DNA of 32,000 bases from Candidatus Electronema halotolerans (GTDB lineage Bacteria > Desulfobacterota > Desulfobulbia > Desulfobulbales > Desulfobulbaceae): the NCBI GenBank assembly GCA_942493095.1, contig OW818675.1, positions 1,710,001-1,742,000 of the forward strand. The letters run 5' to 3'. The notes beneath the pieces were generated by a model. That model was not told the DNA's origin. It saw only the letters and a list, made by a program, of their open reading frames with translations, and did not search any database. Positions 8,795 through 17,296 of this stretch are shown piece by piece. Position numbers and translations under genes: made by a program. Every line of letters starts with the position of its first letter. The first letter of the stretch is position 1.

Positions 8795-11700
8795 TCACTG
8801 ACCACCTGTCGGCATAACGACTTTCCGGCAACAGGCATCCAGCCTTTCAACCAGCGCAGAGGGAGGAAGAGCAGCAAACACGCCGCTTGCTGGAGAAGAG
8901 GGAAAACTCATGCCGCGCAGGAAGAGATAGAAGACACCGCCGAAATGCTGTTCATAGCTGTAGCCGTTGAGCCGCTGGCCGAGAAAACGGTGCAACGCCA
9001 CAGTGTAGATCAGATATTGGAGATCGTAGCGATGCTCGTTCATGGCCGCAGTCAGCCGTTCCGGGCGGTAGTCTTCCGGCTGGCTGCCAAGATGATTGGA
9101 TTTGTAGTCAGCCAGATAATACTTGCCCTGCCAGCAGAAGATCAAGTCAATAAAGCCGGTCATCAGGCCGTGCAGGGTGCCGCTGCGTTCCGGCAGGGGC
9201 GCATGGCCGAAGTCGTGCAGCACGCGGTTGAATTGCTCAAGGCGTAACGATTCCAGCGGGAAATAAAAGGCCATCTCGTTGAGCCGTGCGCTCTCTTGCA
9301 GGCAGGAGAGCGACAAGCCGGGCAGCAGCGGACTGCGCAGCACCTCCTGCATCCACTCGCTCACAGTCGGCAGCCACGAATCCGCAAAACCGGCCCTCGC
9401 CAGCTGGCTGGCAATCACCTCAGCATGGCCGCTGCTGTCGCTGAAGCTGATCCGCTCCAGAATATTATGAAGGCAGGTCCCTGCTGCCGCGCCTTTGGGA
9501 AAGCCGAACACACCTTGATCAGGCGCAGGCAGAGCTGCTTCCTCTTCATCCGCCGCCTCATCATGATCCGGTTGCTCAGTGTGGCTGTCCTCCTTGCGGG
9601 AAGCCAAGCTGGAATAGCTGGTGATTCGCCACGTTGTGTCAATATGCTCCCGGAACTGCTTGGCTTGCAGCGACTCCTTTGTTTCCGAGGAGCGCAGGTC
9701 AGGCAGGGGCGGAAATGTCTCTGGCCAGGCTTTGACGGCCAGCGTCTCTCCCAGTCGGGCCAAGTCAGCAGCAAGCTGCGCTGAAGAGGGTTCGCCGCTG
9801 TGGAGCAAATAGGCCAACGCGCTGTCCTCCATGCTTTTAATCCAGCCCCAGCAGAAGAAGCAAGCGTGCGCCGCTCTGGTCACAGCCACATAGAGCAGGC
9901 GCAGGTCTTCGGCCAGCCGCTCGCGCTCCGCCAAGGCAAGATGCTCCTCGTTGCCGGAGCCAAGATCAAGGCAGAGGCGATCATCCGGGTCATGGAAGGT
10001 CAGCGGCTTGTCCTTGTCGCAGACCCGCGCTGACCAGAGAAAGGGCAGGAACACCAGCGGATATTCCATGCCCTTGGCCTTATGAATCGTAACGATCTTG
10101 ACTAAGTTCTCGTCGCTTTCCAAGCGGAGCTGCTGGCTTTCTGCCTGCCCTTCCGGGTGCTGCATCTGGTCGATGAACCAGCGCAGGAGCGCGTCCATGC
10201 CGGGCCGCTGCTTGGAAGCCTCTTGCAGCAGCTCGGCCAAGTGGAGGAAATTGGTCAGCATCCGCTCGCCAGACGGCTCGGCATAGAGGCGGCTGACCGT
10301 CTTCTGCTCGCTGAGAAGCTGCTGGAGCATGGCCAAGAAACCCTTTTCCAGCCAGAGCTTATGGTAGCGGTTCATGGCCTCCATGATCTGCTCCCGCGCC
10401 GAGTCGTTCTCGTTCAAGTCATAGATTCGCTCTGCTGTCCAGCCGAACAAGTCGCCAGCCAAGGCCGTGCGCATCAGGCTGGTATCGGACAAGTCGCTGA
10501 GGCTGGTCAGGAGGATGCGGAGCTGCTTGGCCTCCTGCGTGCTGAAGACTGAATCCCGATCGCCGGAGACGCTGGCAATGCCCAGCGCATGCAGCTCGCG
10601 GCGCACCAGCTCGGCCTCAACATGTGTGCGCACCAGCACGGCAATGTCACCGGAACTGAGGGGCTTGTCGCCGATCTTCGCCTCTCCAATCTGACCAGCG
10701 GTCAGCAGGCTGCCGATTTCTTGGGCACAGAAACGGGCAGCCAGTTCCTTAGCAGCTTCCTTGCTCAGGGCTTGACTGCCTTTCTTGCCCTGTCCTTCCG
10801 GCAGGAGTAGGCAGGTCAGAGCTGGCTGCGGCCTGCCGTCAACAAGAAATGCCTTCTGGCCTGCCTTGTCCGCCGCTTTGACGTGGGGAAAGTCAATTTT
10901 ATCTTTTGAAAAGAGAAAGGGGGCCTCATGCTCAAACAGGCGGCTCACCGCCGCCACCATTGCCGGACTGGAGCGATGATTCTCCATCATGGTCAGGCGG
11001 TTATGCGGCGGCGTGTCTTGACGGGCCTGGATGTAGGTGAAGATGTCCGCGCCCCGGAAGCTGTAAATAGCCTGCTTTGGGTCGCCGATCAGGAAGAGAC
11101 CGGCCCGCCAGCGGCGTTTCTGCCGCGCAGCCGCATGAATCGCATTGAAGATGCGGTACTGAAGCGGGTCGGTGTCCTGAAACTCATCCACCAAGATGAC
11201 TGGCAGCCGCCGGGCAATGCGCCAAGCCAGCTCCCCGCCTTCCGGGCCGCCCAGAGCCTTGGCCAGCCATGTTTGCAGATCGTCAAAACCAAGCTGGTTC
11301 TGCTCCTGCTTGCGCCGGGCCAGCTCGCTGCGCAGATAGTCCCGCGCTTCGACAAGGACAGCAATCTTGCGGCTGTTGAGCAGCTTTTCCTGCATCTGCC
11401 AGAACTGCTCAAAGAGATCAAAGAAAGGATGCTCCGGCGGTGCTTCCTTGCTTCTCTTTTGGAGAGAGTCGAGTATCTTGCTGCTCGTGAACAGCTCCAG
11501 CTCTTTGCCCAGCAACCAAGGCGATTCTGCCGCCTCAGCCAATCTGTCCATCTGCGCCAAGGCAGAGTCAAGCCGCTCCAAACCATAGCCTTTCTTATTA
11601 TCCCGTGAGAGCTTCTTGCTCTCCCGCAGCAGGCTGGCAATTTCCTCTCCTTGCTGCTGCCAGTGCTGCCGCACTTTCGCAAAGAGTCTGGTTGATTCCG

Positions 11701-12328
11701 CCTCCAGCCGGGCCAAGGTTTCCGGGCTGATCTCTGGCAGGCATTGCACGTCCTCCCGCTCCAGATGTCCGCCCAGCCCGGCCAGCAGCGCGGCAGGCTC
11801 CTGCCACTGTGACTGCACCCAAGCCGCCTCAGACTCGCCCGCCGGATAGAACTGTTGTCGCCAGAAGTCCTCGATGATGCGCGTCCGCAGCACAGCCTCG
11901 CTGTCGATCAGCTCCATCTCAAAAGGCGCGCCTGACTCAACAGCGTGCTCTTGCAGCATCCGGCGGCAGAAGCTGTGGATGGTGCGGACTGCGGCCTCAT
12001 CCATCCGGGTCAGGGCATCGTTGAGCAGCACCTTAGTCTGCTCATTCCGCCCGGCCTTGTCTAACAGTTTGTGGAGAAGCGGATCATTCGGCCCGCCGCC
12101 TTCCAGCACATCCAAAGCCTCCCGAATACGCTTGCGAATCCGATCACGCAACTCCTCCACTGCTGCGTCCGTGAAGGTGACAACAAGGATTTCATCGACC
12201 GCCAATTCCTGTTCGAGCAGGAGGCGGAGGAAGAGCAAGGCAATAGTGTAGGTCTTACCTGTGCCTGCGCTGGCTTCAATCAGAATCTGGCCGCGCAGAG
12301 GCAGGGTGAGGGGATTGAGGGGACGCAT
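8795..12328 (-). CDS. recB: Exodeoxyribonuclease V beta-like UvrD helicase/nuclease
   Basis: N-terminal ILIEASAGTGKTYTIALLFLRLLLE, VILVDEFQDTDPLQYRIF, TIHKAKGMEYPLVFLPFLW, C-terminal nuclease block LMTGFIDLIFCWQGKYYLADYKSN; 1177 aa. Confidence 0.93.
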   Translation of the reverse strand: MRPLNPLTLPLRGQILIEASAGTGKTYTIALLFLRLLLEQELAVDEILVVTFTDAAVEELRDRIRKRIREALDVLEGGGPNDPLLHKLLDKAGRNEQTKVLLNDALTRMDEAAVRTIHSFCRRMLQEHAVESGAPFEMELIDSEAVLRTRIIEDFWRQQFYPAGESEAAWVQSQWQEPAALLAGLGGHLEREDVQCLPEISPETLARLEAESTRLFAKVRQHWQQQGEEIASLLRESKKLSRDNKKGYGLERLDSALAQMDRLAEAAESPWLLGKELELFTSSKILDSLQKRSKEAPPEHPFFDLFEQFWQMQEKLLNSRKIAVLVEARDYLRSELARRKQEQNQLGFDDLQTWLAKALGGPEGGELAWRIARRLPVILVDEFQDTDPLQYRIFNAIHAAARQKRRWRAGLFLIGDPKQAIYSFRGADIFTYIQARQDTPPHNRLTMMENHRSSPAMVAAVSRLFEHEAPFLFSKDKIDFPHVKAADKAGQKAFLVDGRPQPALTCLLLPEGQGKKGSQALSKEAAKELAARFCAQEIGSLLTAGQIGEAKIGDKPLSSGDIAVLVRTHVEAELVRRELHALGIASVSGDRDSVFSTQEAKQLRILLTSLSDLSDTSLMRTALAGDLFGWTAERIYDLNENDSAREQIMEAMNRYHKLWLEKGFLAMLQQLLSEQKTVSRLYAEPSGERMLTNFLHLAELLQEASKQRPGMDALLRWFIDQMQHPEGQAESQQLRLESDENLVKIVTIHKAKGMEYPLVFLPFLWSARVCDKDKPLTFHDPDDRLCLDLGSGNEEHLALAERERLAEDLRLLYVAVTRAAHACFFCWGWIKSMEDSALAYLLHSGEPSSAQLAADLARLGETLAVKAWPETFPPLPDLRSSETKESLQAKQFREHIDTTWRITSYSSLASRKEDSHTEQPDHDEAADEEEAALPAPDQGVFGFPKGAAAGTCLHNILERISFSDSSGHAEVIASQLARAGFADSWLPTVSEWMQEVLRSPLLPGLSLSCLQESARLNEMAFYFPLESLRLEQFNRVLHDFGHAPLPERSGTLHGLMTGFIDLIFCWQGKYYLADYKSNHLGSQPEDYRPERLTAAMNEHRYDLQYLIYTVALHRFLGQRLNGYSYEQHFGGVFYLFLRGMSFPSSPASGVFAALPPSALVERLDACCRKVVMPTGGQ

Positions 12329-12344
12329 GGCCGGACAGGCTGCT

Positions 12345-12431
12345 CTATGCCAAGTCGTCCAAGAAGCGGCGGAGCCAAGACTGCGGCGTGGTCATGGCAT
12401 TGATTTCGGGCCGCCATTGAATCGTTGTCAT
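12345..12431 (-). CDS. Possible 28-aa small ORF upstream of recB (MTTIQWRPEINAMTTPQSWLRRFLDDLA)
   Basis: ATG preceded by AAGGAG on the minus strand and located 16 bp before the recB start; no homology evidence available. Confidence 0.35.
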   Translation of the reverse strand: MTTIQWRPEINAMTTPQSWLRRFLDDLA

Positions 12432-12610
12432 GATGTTTCTCCTTGTTTATTCAACTTGTTGAGATGACCGCTGAAACCTTTGCCCGCCCAATCTAAGACG
12501 GGACTGCGTTGCTGTCAACAGGTTTCTTGCCATGATGCGCAGGAAAAGCGGCGCGGCAGAAGCACCTTGGCAGTCGCAAACCGAGCACTAAGGTGGTCGT
12601 GCAGCGGACA

Positions 12611-12708
12611 GGAGAGTGATCGTATATCGAGCACGAGAGTGGTTGGCAAACGATAACTCTGGTGATCGAAAAGTGACCACTCCGGTGCTCGCAGAAAAGG
12701 CACTCTCC
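12611..12708. repeat. 98-bp imperfect palindrome with nested, register-aligned arms
   Basis: GGAGAGTG (12611-12618)/CACTCTCC (12701-12708), CGAGCAC (12628-12634)/GTGCTCG (12685-12691), GAGTGGT (12637-12643)/ACCACTC (12676-12682) and CGAT/ATCG (12651-12654/12665-12668) all share the same centre. Confidence 0.75.
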
Positions 12709-13040
12709 TGCTTGGGCGCAGGGCAGGTGCTGGCGAAGAAAAAGCTGCTGCAACTAATGAAGTTTTGTCTTGCTCTTTTACACAGTTGGGATTAGGTTAT
12801 CTGCTTTGGTGCTGCCAGCATTCCGCTGGCTGGGCTGGAACATAAGCATTTCCTTTACAAAGAGGAGCATCATGAAAAAGCAAACGTATTGGCGGGTGCT
12901 GCTGGCGGCATCCTTTCTGCTGCTGCTGGCTGGCAGTGCAGCGCAGGCGGCTGACATCACAGTAGATGGAACTAACTGTACATTGCCAGATGCGATCACT
13001 GCGGCAAATAGCGATATAGCGGTTTCGTATTGAACAGATA

Positions 13041-13673
13041 TCAAACCCAGCAATGACGGAAAAACGATTTGATTGATTTTGACTTAACCGTTTTCAGAGA
13101 TATATCATAAGCTTCCATCAGCTCACGCTCTGTTCTCGGCTTCAATTTTCTTATAGTGTTTTTCATTACTGACCAGCAGTATTCAATAGGGTTCAGTTCA
13201 GGACGATAAGGAGGGAGGAAAATGATCTTCGCTCCTGTACTTCTGATCAAAGCGAGAGCTTCTTTGTTTTTATGAGGACTGGCATTGTCAAGAACGACTG
13301 TCTTACTGCTGTCAAGATATTTCAAAAGATAATTTTTTATATAGAAATAAAAGACATCTCCTGTCATGGTGCCTTTAAATTTCATGCACTTCAATATTTT
13401 TCCAAACTTTACAGCTCCTATCATGCTTATTCTTTTCCCTTTACCTGAAGGTCTTTTTGAAAAAGCTCTTGTTCCTTTTCTTGATCTTGCAAATTTTCTC
13501 GACATGTTCAAACAGCATCCTGTCTCATCAATAAAGATGAAATTCTTTTTGTCAGCCTCGATCAGGCCTGCAAGGTAATTAACTGTCTTTGCTATATTTT
13601 CTTCTTTATACGCCGCCGGATCGCGGAAAGTTTTTTTTTCCGGCTGATTTTCAGTCTGGCGAGAGTTTCGCAC
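13041..13673 (-). CDS. IS630-family transposase, OrfB (DDE catalytic region), probably expressed by -1 frameshifting from OrfA
   Basis: FIFIDETGCCLNMSR, VVLDNASPHKN and FLPPYRPELNPIEYCWSVMK; overlaps OrfA across an A9 run. Confidence 0.9.
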   Translation of the reverse strand: MRNSRQTENQPEKKTFRDPAAYKEENIAKTVNYLAGLIEADKKNFIFIDETGCCLNMSRKFARSRKGTRAFSKRPSGKGKRISMIGAVKFGKILKCMKFKGTMTGDVFYFYIKNYLLKYLDSSKTVVLDNASPHKNKEALALIRSTGAKIIFLPPYRPELNPIEYCWSVMKNTIRKLKPRTERELMEAYDISLKTVKSKSIKSFFRHCWV

Positions 13674-13975
13674 AGCGTGGAAGGTGCTATTTTTAAATTG
13701 AATTTCTCGTATAAGCGATCACACATCTCTTCAAGCGTAAGATCGTTCTCGTCATCAATCATGCTGGTCAGAAAAGGAATATGAACTTCCTTGATTTTCG
13801 GAGGATTTCCGCCTTTATGAGGCTTCGGCTCAATCGTCCCCTCAGTCTTCCATCTTTTTACAAGACTTTGAACAAATTTATAGGAAACGTCAAGCAAATC
13901 TGCAGTTCTTCTCAATGATTTCTGTTTTTCATAAACAGACAAGACTTTCTTTCTGAAATCAATAGAATAAATCAT
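13592..13975 (-). CDS. IS630-family transposase, OrfA (helix-turn-helix region)
   Basis: MIYSIDFRKKVLSVYEKQKSLRRTADLLDVSYKFVQSLVKRWKTEG...; the start at 13975 keeps the ORF within the IS boundaries. Confidence 0.88.
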   Translation of the reverse strand: MIYSIDFRKKVLSVYEKQKSLRRTADLLDVSYKFVQSLVKRWKTEGTIEPKPHKGGNPPKIKEVHIPFLTSMIDDENDLTLEEMCDRLYEKFNLKIAPSTLCETLARLKISRKKKLSAIRRRIKKKI

Positions 13976-14325
13976 GGCAGACCTCCGTGTGTGAAAAAAT
14001 GGAAAAAACAGACAAGTCAAGTTTAATCTTTTTCTGATAACCATACAACCTGAAACCGCTATACAGCAACAGGTGGCTGTACGGCAGGATCCGGCGACGA
14101 TACCATCACCTTGCAGGCGGATGTCACGCTTGCGGCTACCCTGCCGGATATTGTCAGCACGATGACCATTGAAGGCGGCGGTCACTTCATCAGCGGTAAT
14201 AATGATGAGAACGTTGGCAGCGTGCTGTATATAACCAGCGACGGAGACCTGACACTAAATGAGACTACGATCAAGGAGGGAAAGACGACAGGCGACGGCG
14301 GGGGGATTTACAACGATGGCACTGC

Positions 14326-15000
14326 CTATCTAACGAATTCCATAGTCAGCGGCAATACTGCCTCCTCCTCCTCCTCCGATGGCGGGGGGATTCAGAACAA
14401 GGGTGTTATCTATCTGACGAACTCCACAGTCAGCGGCAATACTGCCTCCTCCTCCTCCTTCTCCTCCGATGGCGGGGGGATTTACAACTATGGCACCGTC
14501 ACGCTGACGAATTCCACAGTCAGCAACAATACAGCCTCTTCCTCCTCCTTCTCCAATGGCAGTGGGATTTATAACGCAGGCACAGTCACGCTGACGAACT
14601 CCACGATCAGTGGCAATACTGCTTCCTCCACGTCCTCCGCCTCCTCCGGCGGTGGAATTTACAACTATGGCACAGTCACGCTGACGAACTCCACGATCAA
14701 TGGCAATACTGCTTCCTCCACGTCCTCCGACTCCTCCGGCGGTGGAATTTATAACGCAGGCACAGTCACGCTGACGAACTCCACGATCAGTGGCAATACT
14801 GCTTCCTCCACGTCCTACTCCTACGGCGGTGGGATTTACAACTATGGCAATGGCACAGTCACGGTGACGAATTCCACGATCAGCGGCAATACTGCTTCCT
14901 CCACGTCCTCCGCCTCATTCGGCGGTGGGATTTACAACTATGGCACAGACACAGGCACAGTCACGCTGCAAAGCTCCATCATCAGCGGCAATACGGCTTA
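14326..15000 (+). repeat. About seven tandem units of roughly 85-100 bp encoding beta-helix repeats (TLTNSTISGNTASSTSS...GGGIYNYGTV)
   Basis: Direct reading of repeated 'ctgacgaa(t/c)tccac(a/g)(g/a)tcag(c/t)ggcaatactgc(c/t)tcctcc...ggcggtgggatttacaactatggcacagtcacg' units. Confidence 0.9.
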
Positions 15001-15676
15001 TATTGTCAATGAAGTTTATAACAAAGATACATTCAATGCTGTAGTCAATGCCGCAAGCTTCAATATCTTTGGCCACAGCGGTGAGACAGACACAGAGGCA
15101 TTCTCTGGCTTCACACCAGGTAGCAGCGATGTCACTGCTACCAGTGACGGCGACACACCGACTACGCTGGATGCCATTCTCAATACAACCTTGGCGGACA
15201 ATGACGGCCCTACGCAAACTCATGCCTTAGTTGCGGGCAGTCCAGCTATTGATCTGGACAAAGATTGCAGCACTGAGCTGACCGAGGATCAACGCGGCTA
15301 TACCCGCCCAGTCGGTGCGGGCTGCGATGCAGGATCGTTTGAATCTGCTGATATTACAGTTATTTTTACTGTTACACCGAACGCCGGTACCGGCGGCAGC
15401 GTCACTCCTGATACAGCTCAGACTGTTGCTGATGGCAGTACGGCCAGCTTCACCGTCACACCGGATGCAGGTTACAGTGCTGATGAAGTAGTCAGCGGCA
15501 CCTGTCCCGAAGGTAGCTGGGACGGCAGCATATACACCACTGGTCAGATAGATGCGGACTGCACTGTTGAGTTCAGCTTCATCGCCGACAAGAAGAAGAT
15601 AAACATGGTGCCCATCTACAAGCTGCTGCTGCTCAAGTGAGCGAAGCGGAAAGTGCCGCCGCCTTCGGCTCCGGCC

Positions 15677-15764
15677 AGCAGGGCAATGTCTTGCCCGTGC
15701 CTGCGCTGGCTTCAATCAGAATCTGGCCGCGCAGAGGCAGGGTAAGAGGATTAAGCGGGCACAT
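15677..15764 (-). pseudogene. Decayed fragment of the 5' end of a second recB copy
   Basis: Reads MCPLNPLTLPLRGQILIEASAGTGKT versus recB MRPLNPLTLPLRGQILIEASAGTGKT; 47-bp exact match 15697-15743 = 12261-12307; 7-bp gap then loss of homology. Confidence 0.88.
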
Positions 15765-15790
15765 GAGAGATGTTCACCGCAGCACAGCCA

Positions 15791-17263
15791 TCAGAACAGC
15801 AGCAGCCGCACTCCCGGCAGAAATTTCGGTTTGATTGGTGAAGCGATAAAGGTCAGATTGCCGCTCTCCGGGTAGCTGACAGCACCTTCAGAGTTGCTCG
15901 CCTCCACGTGCCAGTAATTGGTGCCGTCATTGGTCAGATCGGCTCCATAAGGAACTGTCGCACTGCAATAGCTGTTGCTGATTTCGCCTGCAACAGAAGC
16001 GGATGTATTGCTGTCTGTGCCGTAATGAATAATGCAGTTATCCGCATTGGCAATATTTATCCGCAGCTGCTGGGTAGAGGCGTTGTATGAAGACACCTTT
16101 GCATCGTCTGCGGGAGATGGACTGGAAAGCGTTGGCAGCCCACTCGGCCAGCCCATGTCCTTGAGCATGCCTTTGGCCACTGGGCCAGGATCATGCACAG
16201 CCTCGCCATTGCTGATTGCCCAGACCATAAGCTGGTTGACGGTGTTGTTGAAGGTGTCGTAATCAAGATGAGAATAACTGGAACCAGGTTTCCATGTGGC
16301 AGGCGCATAAATTTTCACCCGCTGGCCGCCATTGGCTGTCATGGCGTTCGGGCCGTGAAACCAAAGGTCTCCTGAACGCAAAGCCGTGCCAAGGGCAACA
16401 GACGGGGCCGTGTAGGACACAATATCCTTGCCTGCGCCATCTTTGACAAACACATCGTAAATATTAGGAAAGCCACCTTCACCTTCGGCAGGTTCCCAAA
16501 AACCTGAACCCTCCTGGCTGGTGCTGTCATAGCTTGCAGTGCCAGAGAAATTCAAGCCATGCGCAATTTCATGCAGGACTACTGTGAGCATGTCCATCTG
16601 ATCTGACGGCGGGTTTCCATCCACACCATAATACCAAGTAAAATTTCTGTTGTAGGTGATATGCATATCTGGGTTTTCAGTATCTAAATCTTTTCCTGCC
16701 AAGGCATTCGCCAATGATACAGAATACCAAGTCTCACTTCTTGGAGCAGCGGCAAAGTCACGCACCATATTTCCTGCGCCCGAATACCCTAAGGTTGAGG
16801 ATTCCCCAAAATCACTCCAGCAGGCCCGGATCGTGACAGGCACATCAGACTTGATGATATTTCCCCAGATGCTGGCTGCCGCCTCAAAGGCAGCTTTGGC
16901 TTCTTCTGGAAAAGTATAGCAGTTTGCTCCCAAAATATCCGTACCACCGGAGGTGACATAGTCGATAGTGAAGGTGGCAGAAGCAGTCTGTGCAGCAGTC
17001 ATCAGGTTGATTGCCGCAGGAATTTTCAGCGGATTCTGGCTGATGTTCGGATCGAAAACCACAACAAGAGGCTGCGAGCCGTTCATCAATGTCTTGCCAT
17101 CCGCAGACAGCTTGGCGGGCAGCGGTTGAGGAATATAAACTTCCTCTCTGCTTGCAGCATGACTTTGCACGGCAGCAAATACGGTCAGCATTGCTGCAAC
17201 AGTTACGATAGATTGCACTTTCATTTTTTTCATTTTGTTGAAGTTGCCTGTTGTCTTCTGCAA
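15791..17263 (-). CDS. Secreted zinc metalloprotease-like protein (HEIAHGLNF)
   Basis: Signal peptide-like N terminus (KMKVQSIVTVAAMLTVFAAVQSHAA), HExxH motif in MLTVVLHEIAHGLNFSG, C-terminal domain. The start could be internal (MKKMKV, 17233). Confidence 0.78.
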   Translation of the reverse strand: MQKTTGNFNKMKKMKVQSIVTVAAMLTVFAAVQSHAASREEVYIPQPLPAKLSADGKTLMNGSQPLVVVFDPNISQNPLKIPAAINLMTAAQTASATFTIDYVTSGGTDILGANCYTFPEEAKAAFEAAASIWGNIIKSDVPVTIRACWSDFGESSTLGYSGAGNMVRDFAAAPRSETWYSVSLANALAGKDLDTENPDMHITYNRNFTWYYGVDGNPPSDQMDMLTVVLHEIAHGLNFSGTASYDSTSQEGSGFWEPAEGEGGFPNIYDVFVKDGAGKDIVSYTAPSVALGTALRSGDLWFHGPNAMTANGGQRVKIYAPATWKPGSSYSHLDYDTFNNTVNQLMVWAISNGEAVHDPGPVAKGMLKDMGWPSGLPTLSSPSPADDAKVSSYNASTQQLRINIANADNCIIHYGTDSNTSASVAGEISNSYCSATVPYGADLTNDGTNYWHVEASNSEGAVSYPESGNLTFIASPIKPKFLPGVRLLLF

Positions 17264-17296
17264 CAGATAGTCTTTACAAGACGCATTATGTTTTTC

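Larger units (their letters stand above)
13017..14061 (-). mobile_element. IS630-family insertion sequence, 1,045 bp
   Basis: Terminal inverted repeats TAGCGGTTTC.../...GAAACCGCTA, flanking TA duplication at 13015-13016 and 14062-14063, IS630-type two-ORF transposase, locally lower GC. Confidence 0.93.
12872..15640 (+). pseudogene. Secreted beta-helix / choice-of-anchor-type surface protein, interrupted by an IS630-family insertion
   Basis: Signal peptide MKKQTYWRVLLAASFLLLLAGSAAQAA, then ADITVDGTNCTLPDAITAANSD | TATGGCTAGSGDDTITLQADVTL after removal of the IS and one TA; tandem TLTNSTISGNTASS repeats; C-terminal GGSVTP...VADGSTASFTVTPDAGY repeat-like domain. Confidence 0.87.

Noticed and set aside
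10928-11608. 226-aa plus-strand ORF antisense to recB
   Set aside because: Fully covered by recB with clear helicase motifs; no recognisable domain.
13976-14185. N-terminal extension of the transposase OrfA beyond the IS end (ORF listed to 14185)
   Set aside because: It runs through the terminal inverted repeat and into the host gene; the internal ATG at 13975 gives a typical IS630 start (MIYSIDFRKKVL).
14326-15000. Tandem repeats considered as a possible CRISPR array
   Set aside because: The repeats are in-frame coding units with degenerate, not unique, spacers and clearly encode beta-helix repeats.
15227-15715. 162-aa minus-strand ORF across the surface gene 3' end
   Set aside because: Antisense to a coherent beta-helix/repeat domain; it only passes through the recB remnant out of frame.
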